From: the human T2T-CHM13v2.0 reference genome, Homo sapiens
Length of the DNA: 64,000 nt
NCBI RefSeq assembly: GCF_009914755.1
Contig: NC_060940.1
Strand: one strand, 5' to 3'
A program made the translations under genes and the position numbers. The notes beneath the pieces were generated by a model. It was given only the letters and a program-made list of their open reading frames with translations. It was not told the origin of the DNA and searched no databases. This document shows positions 30,494 through 42,930 of the stretch, piece after piece (position 1 is the stretch's first letter; every line of letters starts with the position of its first letter).

Positions 30494-31091
30494 TTATACC
30501 TTATACAAAAATTAACTCAAGATGGATTAAAGACTTAAACATAAAACCCAAAACCATAAAAACCCTAGAAGAAAACCTAGGCAATACCCTTCAGGACATA
30601 GGCATGGGCAAAGACTTCATGACAAAAATGCCAAAAGTAATTGTCACAAAAGCCAAAATTGACAAATGGGATCTAATTAAACTAAAGAGCTTCTGCATAG
30701 CAAAAGAAAGTATCAGGAGAGTGAACAGGCAACCTACAGAATAAGAAAAAATTTTTGCAATCTATCCATGTGACAAAGGTTTAATATCCGGAATTTATAA
30801 GGAACTTGAACAAATTTACAAGAAAAAAACAACCCCATCAAAAAGTGGGTAAAGCCTATGAACAGACACTTCTCAAAAGAAGACATTTATGTGGCCAACA
30901 AACATATGAAAAAAGGCTCAACATCACTGATCATCAGAGAAATGCAAATCAAAACCACAATGAAATACCATCTCACGCCAGCCCAGAATGGCGATTATTA
31001 AAAAGTCAGGAAACAGTAGATGCTGGCGAGGCTGTGGAGAAATAGGAATGCTTTTACACTGTTGGTGGGAATGTAAATTAGTTCAACCATT
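30494..31091 (+). mobile_element. L1PA-type ORF2 C-terminal fragment, truncated at both ends
   Basis: Translates as [14 protein letters not shown]...[19 protein letters not shown] and the Cys-rich [22 protein letters not shown]; stops and frameshifts; no 3'UTR or poly(A). Confidence 0.95.
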
Positions 31092-31628
31092 TCATATCTC
31101 AAAAAAAGTCTCAAAATATGAAAATAATAATAGATCTTCAAAAAGCAGTTATGGGTATTGTTTTTCTTCTTATATTTATTTTCACCACAGTTTTTAGGAC
31201 AATTACACAAAGAGGACATGATTCTGTAGGTGGACTTCCTGCCTCCTACACCCCTGAACCGTCTGCCCCAGCCTCTACTTCCTTCTTAACTCACTTGAAC
31301 AAGATATGGTAAGAGGCAATTCCAGAAACCAACTATGGTGCTCAATTTAAGAGAAAGAATATAAAATGAAAAAGACAGAACTATGTACAAATGTGTGTGT
31401 TTATTTGGAATAAAAAAGAAATCGCAGAAATCTATAAAAAGCTGAAAAATACCACAATTATTACAAAATCTGGACACACATTTTTATTAACACATCTCCA
31501 GAAAATATTTTCCTACTTTTTTTGGCTTGTATTTTTTTTATTGCTTTCTCATATGACAACAATTGTGTTTCCACTTTCTCTAAAAAGAATAGAATAATTT
31601 TATCTTTCCTCTAACATGGTTGGTTGAA

Positions 31629-31825
31629 TTTTTTAAATTATACTTTAAGTTCTGGGATACATGTGCAGAACGTGCAGGTTTGTTACATAGGTATACACGT
31701 GCCATGGTGGTTTGCTGCACCCATCAACCCGTCATCTACATTAGGTATTTCTCCTAATGCTCTCCCTCCCCTAGTCCCCCCACCCCCGACAGGCCCCAGT
31801 ATGTGATGTTCCCCTCCCTGTGTCA
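31629..31825 (-). mobile_element. L1PA 3' end (~200 bp)
   Basis: TTATACTTTAAGTTCTGGGATACATGTGCAGAACGTGCAGG...; CAT(G/A)GTTGGT on both flanks. Confidence 0.93.
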
Positions 31826-32199
31826 TAGTTGGTGTTTTTTAAACATGAAAGTTCACATACAGATGTACCTTTTTTTTGCAATACTACCATAGGAGTGTGC
31901 CTTACAAACATATAAATTCTGATGAATTCCATTTCATACTGTTTTCACTTAAAATGTAAAGTGAATTTATAATTTCCTAGGCTAAATTATATTTCTGCAA
32001 AAAGTGAGAGATTAGGTAAACCTGCCTGAGGTTACACAGCTGGCAGATTGCTGCACTGGGATTCCGTTCCTGACAGCTGGCATTCATCATGACTCACGTT
32101 CCTACCCACTCCTCTACACTATGCCTTCCAACCTCATGCCTGCACTTCTGAAATCTTGATTAACTGTGAAAGGGGAAAGGCGAGAAAGGAAACAAGCCA

Positions 32200-32395
32200 G
32201 AATTTACTGAATATTTGCTGTGTGTTAGTCTTTTATGTTTGGCATTTTCCTTATCTCATTTACTCTGCAAAGAAACTCTGAAAGGTCAGTACCATTTTCC
32301 CCAGTCTAGCAGTGAGTAAACTGAGGCTGAGAAGTTCAAGGGTACAACACTAAAAGTCAACAGTGTAGTTCCAAAGCCAATACTCTTTCTACTAT
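32200..32395 (-). mobile_element. MIR
   Basis: ATTTACTGAATATTTGCTGTGTG...TTATCTCATTTA...AAACTGAGGCTGAGA. Confidence 0.65.
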
Positions 32396-32579
32396 ACACA
32401 CCTGATTCTGTAAAAATATAAGGGAAAAATATGGAGTGTCTGGTATGAAACTGTAAAATTAGATTTCAGAGTATTTTATTTATGTTACAAATACTTTTGT
32501 TGGTTTCCTGTTATTTCCTAGATTGTAAATGCATCCAGGAAAGCACCTGTTTTTTGTGTGTGTATTTGTTCCAGAAATA

Positions 32580-32960
32580 CACCTCCAGAACTCACCTTCC
32601 CAAAAAGAAACTCTACCTATTAAACAATAACTCCCCGTGTCTCTCTCCTCTCAGCCCTTGGCAACCACCGTTCTGTTTGCTATGGTATGACTACTTTAGG
32701 TACCTCATATAAGTGAAATCATATAGTACTTGTCCTTTTGTATCTGGCTTATTTTACCTTGCACAATGTGGTAAGTGATCAAGGTTCATTTCCATTGTAG
32801 CGTATGTCACAGCTTCATCTTTTTCAAGGCTAAATAATATTCTGTTGTATGTAGGTACCCTATTGTGTCTACGCAGTCATCATCGATGAACATTTGAGTT
32901 GTTTTTACTTTTCACCTATTGTGAATAATGCTTCTCTGAACATTGATGTACTAGTGTCTA
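32580..32960 (-). mobile_element. L1MB-type 3' remnant
   Basis: CAGCCCTTGGCAACCACC...GGTACCTCATATAAGTGAAATCATA...TGTGAATAATGCT. Confidence 0.85.
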
Positions 32961-34140
32961 TCCTGTGATTTTTTAAGATGAGAAATTAACCACTGTAAAT
33001 ATGTCAGTTTGAAAATCAGCAGGGCAATCCTGGGAGTTCTACCCCTAGCTGCCAGGCCTGGGGGAGAGGGAAGGGGAAGCTCAGCTTTCTGCCATGGTCC
33101 CTTCTTGCTTGCAAGTGTAGGTCCTCATGGAAAAGGCTTTGGTCAGCCCTGCTCAGGGTCACCCGACCACTGTTGTCATGGCCCAGGCCAAGGAAAGAGA
33201 GTCATGGGAACACCTGTAATTTCCTATCTTATGTCATGGTGCAATCATCCCAGAGTCCAAATAAGTTACCTTCAGAAGCACGGAGGTTAAGACTCAGCTT
33301 CACTAAAATCTGCAGTCTTCAGTTCTCTGAAAAGAAAAAGAAAGCTTTATTCCACTAGTGTTCATAGGAAATTATTCCAGGGTCGCCACGCTAATTATGA
33401 TCAGAGGTCATCTAGATTTGAGAGCCAATCGTATATTTTTTAAACACTTAGAATCAACTGAGCTCCATGTGTGAGCATCCCTCTTAATTAAACTAAGCAT
33501 ACACTCTCTTTCTGTCTTATTGATAAATTACTCTCAGGGTCTTAGGATAATTACCTACTGCAACACTAAATCAAAATCTACAAATGATATGACAATTACC
33601 ATATACAAGGATATTTGCTGTTTTTAAAGATAGGCTTTATGGATGAATACATTGACTCTATATTTATATTTTAAGCTTAATATATTCATTTATTAAGCTT
33701 CATTTATAATGAGTTTAGTATTAGAGATCATTCAGAAAACTGTAAGAAACACTTATTTGTCCTTTTCATTTTTATGTAATATTCTAAAAATATTTGTTTC
33801 TCATCACTGTAGAGAACTGAACAAATAATATTTTTTCATTGTATCCAAATGAGCGTAAACTCTAAAGGTGAAAAAATATTTCCCAATGAAGCTTATTTTA
33901 ATTCACTTACTTTACTTTTGCTTAAGAACACTCTTCTAATTCATGGAAAGAATATTTCAATTGTTTGTTTTTGTTCGTTTTTCATTTTCTCTTAATGTGT
34001 TTTCTTCTGTGGGCTTAGCTAATGCAGTGATGACTATCTACTTAAAACAAGCCTCCCTTGTTTTAAGATAATAGCAAATCTCTGCTTTGCTTATCACTGG
34101 TCTGAAGCTCTACTGTGATCAGTTAAAAAACTTCACATAA

Positions 34141-34486
<346 letters not shown>

Positions 34487-35011
34487 TTAAAGAATAAAGT
34501 CACAGTCTATTATAAAATGAGAAAGAGAGAGAGAGAGGGCTGAATTAGGATTTTTTTCTATCTTCTTTACCAGAACTCACTTCTGACTATCAGAATGCTT
34601 AGGAGTTTGCATCTTAATCCCTGAGAAAATAAGCAGGCCTTAACTAAGCGAACTCTGTTAACAGGGTGCTAATTTTTTTTATGTACAACCTTCTTATTTA
34701 GTGACAGCCATTGTTAATATACTGCTTTGTAGCCTTACAAACTTCCGTGTGTGTATAATTAACAAAATGAAATGGTATAGTGTATACTTATTTTTTAAAT
34801 AACTTTCTCATTTAAGATATGAATAGCTTCCTATATCAGTGCACTTATTCTACACAAACTATTTTCTCTTTAACTTTTTTCAATTAAAGAAAAAACTAAA
34901 CATAAGTATCTTTTATAGGTAGCATTGAGAGTGAAATCCACCCCTCTTTTCTAGCCTCCAGGAGCACTATTACCAACAGGAAATTATTACCAATAGTTTA
35001 GTGGACTGTCC

Positions 35012-35260
35012 TCATTTTTTTAGTCTTATTGAGTTATAATTGACAAATAGCAATTGTATATATTTAGGATATACAACTTGATGTTTAGATATTTGTATAT
35101 ATTGTGAAATCACAAATATATTTGTATAGATTGTGAAAACACAAGATATACACATTTGTATAGATTGTGAAAACACACACACACACACAAAGCTAATTAG
35201 CATTTCCGAGAAAAGTTACCTCTTTTGTGGTAAGAAGCATTTAAAATCTAACTTTATTGA
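35012..35260 (-). mobile_element. L1MA-type 3' end containing a three-copy ~30-bp tandem repeat
   Basis: ATTGAGTTATAATTGACAAAT...TACAACTTGATG; ATTTGTATA.ATTGTGAAA.CAC three times at ~35090-35180. Confidence 0.75.
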
Positions 35261-35577
35261 GCTTCAAGATAATCAATTTAGACCTCCATGTAGAATTCCT
35301 TACTCAGGGGAGATAGGCCAGGAGGGAGCTGGAGATGTCCTGTGCTAAGTCCTGATTATCCATCATCCAAGTGAGCTAGTCTGTGTCCTGGGGTCAGGAG
35401 CAGGCACCAGAGTCCTGGCACCTTTAGTCCCTCTACCGACTTCATCCACCAGTATCGTATCACCAACAAACGAAGTGAAAACAGGAATCCCACAGACCTC
35501 TGGGGCAAAATCAACATGTAGCTCCTTCCTTTTCCCTTTAGGGTTCATTTAGAAATGACTGGCAATGCAGACGCACT

Positions 35578-35695
35578 CTGTATTCCACCATATGTCAGTG
35601 ATTTGAAGACACAGGTTTTTCACATCTCAATGGCTCTAAAATCTAGATGCATCTTACGATTGATTGCTGTTGGCCAGGCAGAAGCTGTGATGTAA
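35578..35695. mobile_element. TcMar-Tc2 (MER104/Kanga-like) fragment
   Basis: TTTTTCACATCTCAATGGCTCTAAAATCTAGATGCATCTTACGATTGAT resembles the recalled consensus. Confidence 0.5.
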
Positions 35696-35774
35696 TAAAT
35701 GAACCCTGTGACTAGAGTAACATTGTACAGAAGAGAGAGAGAGAAGACAATAAAGGTTTTGAGTACAATAGATA

Positions 35775-35955
35775 AGTTGTTCTTTAACTTCAGAGGACAT
35801 TAGAATCACCTGGAAAGTGTTTTAAAATCCAGATTGTCAGAGCCCTCTTTCAGGACTTTGGATTCACTGGGCCTGAAGTGTGGCCAAGAATTTGCATTTC
35901 TGACAAGTTACTGGTGCTCCTGATGTTGGCCTGGGAACCATCTGAGAACTGTTTC
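35775..35955. mobile_element. MER5-family MITE
   Basis: CATTAGAATCACCTGGA...CCAAGAATTTGCATTTCTGACAAGTT...TGAGAAC. Confidence 0.85.
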
Positions 35956-35962
35956 TCCAGGA

Positions 35963-36541
35963 GCTAGGGACCGAATGTTTGCAACCCTCAAGATTCATTT
36001 ATTGAAACCTAATGCCCCAGTGTGATGATATTATCAAGTAGAGCCTTTGGTAGGTGATTAGGTCATAAACATAGAGCAGGGGTGTCCAGTCTTTTGGCTT
36101 CCCTGGGCTGCCAAGGAAGAATTGTCTTGCACCGCACATAAAATACACTAATGATAGCTGATAAGCTAACAAAAAATTGCCAAAAAAATCTTGTAATGTT
36201 TTAAGACAGTTTATGAATTTGTGTTGGGCTGTATTCAAAGCCATCCTGGGCATGTGGCATGTGGGCCACAGATTGGACAGGCTTGGCAGAGAGCCTTCAT
36301 GAATGAGTTGCTGTCTGTAGAAGGGGCTGAAGAAACCGTAGTTTGCCCCTTCCACCATGGGAGGACACATACGAGAAGGCACCAATTATGAATCAAAAAG
36401 TGAGCCCTCACCCGACACCAAATCTGCCAGTGCCTTGATCCTGGAGTTTCCAGCCTCCAAGACTGTGAGAAATACATTTGTATTGTTTAAAACTCCCCAG
36501 TCTATGGCATTTTGATATAGCAGCCCAAAAGGACTGAGACA
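35963..36541 (+). mobile_element. MLT1A-type MaLR solo LTR interrupted by MER30
   Basis: GAATGTTTG...ATTGAAACCTAAT...CCAGCCTCCAAGACTGTGAGAAATA...GGACTGAGACA. Confidence 0.88.
36077..36285. mobile_element. MER30 hAT-Charlie MITE
   Basis: CAGGGGTGTCCA...TTGGACAGGCTTG termini; degenerate 8-bp TSD ACATAGAG/GCAGAGAG. Confidence 0.9.
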
Positions 36542-36607
36542 CAGGCTTTGGCACAGATCCTAGCTGGTCTCATCTGCAGCCCATTTCTAACTTGCACCCA
36601 AGACGGG

Positions 36608-36959
36608 TGTATTAGTCTGTTCTCACACTGCTGATAAAGACTGGGTAATTTATAAAGGAAAGGTTTCATTGACTCAAAGTTCCATATGGCTGGGGAGGCC
36701 TCACAATCATGGCAGAAGGCAAGGAGGAGCAAGTCACATCTTACATGGCAGCAGGCAAGGGAGAGCATGTGCCTGCAAACTCCTCTTTATAAAATCATCA
36801 GATCTCATGAGACTTATTCACTATCATGAGAAGAGCAGAGGGAAAATCCCACCCCTATGATTCAATTACCTCCCAACGGATCTCTCCCACAACACACGGG
36901 GATTATGGGAGCTACAATTCAAGGTGAGATTTGGGTGGCAGCACAGCAAAACCGTATCA
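36608..36959 (-). mobile_element. THE1 MaLR solo LTR
   Basis: TGTATTAGTCTGTTCTCACACTGCTGATAAAGAC...AAACCGTATCA, ~350 bp. Confidence 0.93.
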
Positions 36960-37072
36960 GCAGGTCATTTCTGCAGGTTGCTGGTCATCTGTGTTCTCTG
37001 TTGATTTTTACTTCCTTTCTTGTAGATTTTGTCCCAATTTTTTATTGTTCACTGAAGAAAAATGTGAAATGA

Positions 37073-37588
<516 letters not shown>

Positions 37589-38354
37589 TTTATATGCTTT
37601 TAATCACAAAGTCCTCTCACCTAGTTCCTCAAGGGCCAAAATTAGGGATCCTTGTAGACATTCTAGCAATATGAGGTCACCCTATAGTTTAGTGCACTCT
37701 CAGATTGGATTCCTCTATAGTGTAGTTGAGTCTGAAAAAACACTCATTTAAGTTAATGAGCACTATTGGTATTATTACATATATTGCAGCTATCAGTTTT
37801 CTTAATGCTTTTACATAGATTATTTTGTTTGAAATCTTGAAAGAGGTAAAATGTAATTCTTTGTTCATTTTTATTACCATCCAAAGTTTTCTCCTTTGTT
37901 CTAGGAATATTTATTGAGGTCTGCTAATGGGTGTGGTGACTGCATTCTACAGGAGCAAAAAGAGAGGAAATTGTGGTCCCTTGGGTAGCTTACAAGTGAC
38001 AAGACATGCTAAACAGTGGGATGGAAGCCATAGCAGGGATGTGCATTAGGGACAGTGGGCATACTTGGGAGAGGAGAGATTCTGCCAGCTGTGCTTTGAG
38101 TCAGATTCATGGAAGATGTCATGGATGAAGAGATAGTGGAAGGGAAAGTGGATCTTAGAAAGGAATTGGTATTTATCAATACACAAAGAAGGGAAGGGGC
38201 ACCCTGGTGGCAGGACTGTTTCAGTAACTTGTTGTCTTTACTCATCATCATATTCCTATGCCTAGCCCTGGGCCTTACCCAAGAAGACTTACTTAACTGA
38301 ATTCAGACCATGTTACACTTCTATAAAAAGTGCCTTATGGTAGTCTCTCAATCG

Positions 38355-38875
38355 TTACTGCTCATGATAATCATCTGGGATATTAAAAAAAATCTCTGCC
38401 TACACTTCAATGAGGAATTCCACTGGTATTGGTGGGGTCTAAGCACCAATATTTTGGATAGCCCAAAGGTGATTTCTGTGGACTGAATGTCTATATTCCC
38501 CCCAAATATATATTGGAGCCCTAATCCCTGATATAATGGTATTTGGAGGTATGGGGCCTTTGGGAGGTTATCCAGTTGTAAGGAGAGACCCTTCAAGAAT
38601 GGGATCAGTTGCCTTTTAAAAAGAGATATGAGAGATATCTCTCTTTACCTTGTGAGGATACAGCAAGAAGGTGGCCATATGCAAAGCAGGAAAAGAGCCC
38701 TCCCTCACCAGGAACTGAATAAACCAGCACCTTGATCTTAGACTCCACAGCCTCCAGAACTGTGAGAAGTAGATTTCTGTTGTGTAAGCCACCCAGTCTG
38801 TGGTATTTTTGTTACAGCAGCCTGAGCTGACTATGACAGTAATTCTAATGTGTAACCAGATTTAAAAATCTCTGC
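38355..38875. mobile_element. MER5-family MITE split by MLT1A
   Basis: TAATCATCTGGGA...GGTGGGGTCTAAGCA...CCCAAAGGTGAT [LTR] TCTAATGTGTAACCAGATTT. Confidence 0.65.
38474..38838 (+). mobile_element. MLT1A-type MaLR solo LTR
   Basis: TGGACTGAATGT...CAGCCTCCAGAACTGTGAGAA...GCTGACTATGACA; 5-bp TSD GTGAT/GTAAT. Confidence 0.9.
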
Positions 38876-38929
38876 CCTGTGGTAGAGTCTGGTGGTTCAG
38901 AAGCAGCATTATGGAAGAAGCAAGAAATA

Positions 38930-39090
38930 CAGATAATGTGATCTAAATGAGATACTCACACTCTAAGCATTAGTCTCCTCATCTCTGAAATATAATAATT
39001 GTGCCTACTTTATAGGATTGTTGTGAAAGTTAAGTGGACTTCCATAGATGCAGCATACTGCTTAGAAAAGTATCTGACAGGGTACCATAG
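38930..39090 (+). mobile_element. MIR
   Basis: CTCTAAGCATTAGTCTCCTCATCTCTGAAAT...TAGGATTGTTGTGAA. Confidence 0.7.
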
Positions 39091-39224
39091 AATTTTAAAT
39101 TATGATAACTTATCTTTTAGGAATATTAGCCACTGATTTAGGGATAAGTAATTTCCTCTTTTTTAATAATAACAATGCAAACAATATTAAAAGTAATACA
39201 GAAGGTAAAGAAGTTTGATCTTCC

Positions 39225-39553
<329 letters not shown>

Positions 39554-39648
39554 AAAGAAGTTTGATCTTCCCAGAGACAGTTGCTTCCTAAATGGAAGTA
39601 TTTCTCAGAACTACCCTACCTGACACTGTGGCTAAATGACTGAGTGTA

Positions 39649-39964
<316 letters not shown>

Positions 39965-41118
39965 TCAGTGTAAGCCCCGGAAATATCACTTGACCGTGGT
40001 TAGCCCATTGGCTAAGTGAAAACAGAGGTTTCTTTCTCTTTCTAAAGTCTTCCATAACAATAATTATTCTTCTTCAGCTTCATGAGTTTCACAAAAATCT
40101 CTATTATTGTCTGTGATAAGAATATTGATGAAAAAAGAAATTATTTCTTCCTGAGCTACTGTTCCAATGAATTGTACTCTATTCTTCCAAAATTCACAAA
40201 ACCCTCTATAATTCCTCGTGATTCAAAGTGTGGCCTAGGAGCCCTGCCCCACACCTGCTGAAATGGAATATACCTTTCAACAGGGTCCGCAGGTGACAAC
40301 CTCAGGTTTGCAAGGCACTGTTCTAACAGTGCTGGGATTGAAGAAGGAAGTGATTTCCTTTCCTGAAAGAGTTAATTGTATGCATAAATCCTGGAACTGG
40401 CCCTATGTAGTCTCTTTCCTGGGGAATTGAGTTTATTTTTTATTGTGGTGAGATATTTTCCAACAAACCCTGATGAAGTCTCTCAGCTGTTCTACATGGA
40501 TCCTGGAATCCCCGTTCACAGCTCTCTCCTTTGAGAAAGAACTGGTGAGCCTTCTTGCTGAAAGTCCTAGCTTAAAAATGTGTACCCAACCAAGAGGGGG
40601 TAAAAAACTGCCGTTTCAAAACAGGTGCACTGCTTTCATTCCCTTTTAAATTAAAAACGCAACAGTGTGTCTGTTCTGTTCTGCAGAATATCTTTTTTCT
40701 TCCCTGATCTGGAAGAATGTTTCAAGTTACAGTCCAGTGGAAAAACATAGCCACACACACAGGGTTTTCTTATCCTGCTGTGCTGCTTGTTTCTGCAGAG
40801 TATCGTTCTGCCCAGAATCCATTGTCAGGAGATTGAGAAGAGTCTGACCTATTAGAACATAATACTTAATTCTATAATAAGGAAAGTACAGACAGAAGAG
40901 TGAGAAGTTTAAAGACAGTGTTACTTCCAACATAAAAGCCCCACATATTTTGGACATTGATCTAAGGGTGAGTGATTTCTTCTTGTTTAATAATAACAAT
41001 ACAGATACTGTTAAGAGTTATATAAGATAGAGAAGTTTGACCTTTATAGAGATACCTGCATTTTGAAGGCAAGTCTTTCACAACTACCCATCACTATGCC
41101 TGAAGTCCTCCGTGTATG

Positions 41119-41472
41119 TGTATTTGTCCGTTTTCATGCTGCTGACAAAGACATACCTGAGCCTGGGTAATTTATAAAGAGTAAGAGGCTTAATGGACTC
41201 ACAGTTCCATGTGGCTTGGGAGGCCTCACAATTATGACGGAAGGCGAAAGACATGGCAGCAGGCAAAGAGGGAATGAGACTCAAGCAAAAGGGGAAACCG
41301 CTTATAAAACCATCAGATCTCGTGAGACTTATTCACTACCACAAGAACAGCATGGGGGAAACAGCCCCCATGATTTAATTATCTCCCACCGAGTCCCTCC
41401 CACAACACATGGGAATTATGGGAGCTGCAATTCAAGATGAGATTTGGGTGGGGACACAGCCAAACCATATCA
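41119..41472 (-). mobile_element. THE1 MaLR solo LTR
   Basis: TGTATTTGTCCGTTTTCATGCTGCTGA...CAGCCAAACCATATCA; perfect 5-bp TSD GTATG. Confidence 0.95.
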
Positions 41473-41524
41473 GTATGCCTCTCTGAAATGTCACTTTGGA
41501 TCTTCGTTAGCCGATTCTAACTAA

Positions 41525-42365
41525 GCTTTACAGAGGTGTAGTTTCCGCACTACAAAATTCATCCTCTTTCAGTACACAGCTTGATGAGTTTCAGTAAATT
41601 TGTATGGTTACAGAATGCTTCTATTACTCCAGAATTTCCCTCATGTCCATTTTTAGTAAATCCCTGTATCTATAATCAGCCCCAAGCAATAACTGCTCTG
41701 TTTGGTGTCTCTGTAGTTTTGCCTTTTCTATAAATTTTACATAAATGGAATCAGGCAATATGTAGTCTTGTGTGCTTGCCTACTTAGTAAATGCTTTCGA
41801 AATCCATTCTTGTTGCATATATCAGTATTTTTTGCCTTTTGATTGCTGAGTAGGGTTTCATTGCCTGAATATACCACATTTTGTTCATTCATCTTCAACC
41901 AATGGGATGTTTGTGTGGTTTACAGTCCTTAGCTATTATAAATAATGCTGCTATGGCAGCATGGATGGAGCTGGAGGCTATAATCCCACAGAAACTAATG
42001 CAGAAACAGGAAACCAAATACCACATGTTCTTACTACTAAGTGGGAGCTAAATATTGGATACATATGGACGTGAAGGTGGGAACAATAGACACTGGGGAC
42101 TACAGGAATGGGAGGAAGAGATTGAGGCAGAGTTCAAAAATTACCTCTTGGGTACTATGCTTACTACCTGAATGATGGGCTCAATCATTTCCCAAACCTC
42201 AGTGTCACACAATATACCTTTGTAACAATCCCACTCATGTACCCCTCAACGTAAAATAAAAATTGAAAAAAAATACAAAAAATAATAAATAATGTTGCTA
42301 TGATTCATTTGTAAGCTTTTGTGCAGATATATGTGTTCTTTTCCTTGGTAGATTTTAAGAAGTAA
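41525..42365 (-). mobile_element. Old L1 (L1MB/MC-type) 3' remnant interrupted by a younger L1
   Basis: TAGTTTTGCCTTTTCTA...ATAAATGGAATCA...TATACCACATTTTGTT...AATAATGCTGCTATG. Confidence 0.8.
41956..42284 (+). mobile_element. L1PB-type 3' end
   Basis: GCAGCATGGATGGAGCTGGAGG...AAGTGGGAGCTAAA...CATGTACCCC plus A tail; 18-bp TSD ATAAATAATG(C/T)TGCTATG. Confidence 0.92.
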
Positions 42366-42394
42366 AATTTAAAAACTAGGAATACAAGAAATGA

Positions 42395-42658
42395 CTTCAA
42401 TATAATAATGGACATATATGAAAAGTCCACAGGTAACATCATACTTAGTGGTAAAAAATGGAAAGGTTTTCCTCTCAGATCAGGAACAAGATGAGAATGC
42501 CCATTCTCATCGCTTCTACTCAACATAGTACTAAAAGTCCTAGCCAGAGCAATTAGGCAAGAAAAAGAAATAAAATGCATCTAAATCAGAAAGGAAGAAG
42601 TAAAATTATTTCTGTTTGCAGATGACATTATTTCATATGTAGAAACCCCTGAAGACTC

Positions 42659-42716
<58 letters not shown>

Positions 42717-42930
42717 CAGAGAGAGAAAGACAGAGAGAGAGAGATAGAGAGAGACTAATAAATTTAGTAGCAAAGTTCCAGGATGTAAAATCAGCATGCA
42801 AAAATCATTTGCATTTCTATACACTGACAATGAGCTCTTCAAGAAAGAAATTAAGAAAACCCATTTACAATAGCATCAAAAAGAATAAAATACTTAGGAA
42901 TAAACTTAGGGAGGTAAAATTACACTGAAT
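42395..42930 (+). mobile_element. L1 ORF2 (RT-region) fragment
   Basis: AGATCAGGAACAAGA...CTAGCCAGAGCAATTAGGCAAGAAAAAGAAATAAA...CTGTTTGCAGATGAC (LFADD motif). Confidence 0.9.
42666..42754. repeat. (GA)n/(GACAGA)n compound microsatellite inside the L1
   Basis: Directly visible. Confidence 0.95.

Noticed and set aside
30326-31120. Weak inverted similarity (ATTTTGA.GACTTTTT) on either side of the L1 fragment
   Set aside because: AT-rich, needs gaps to align, and could be chance.
30412-31197. ORFs resembling a reverse-transcriptase protein C-terminus
   Set aside because: Broken L1 ORF2 fragment with stops and frameshifts; recorded as a mobile element.
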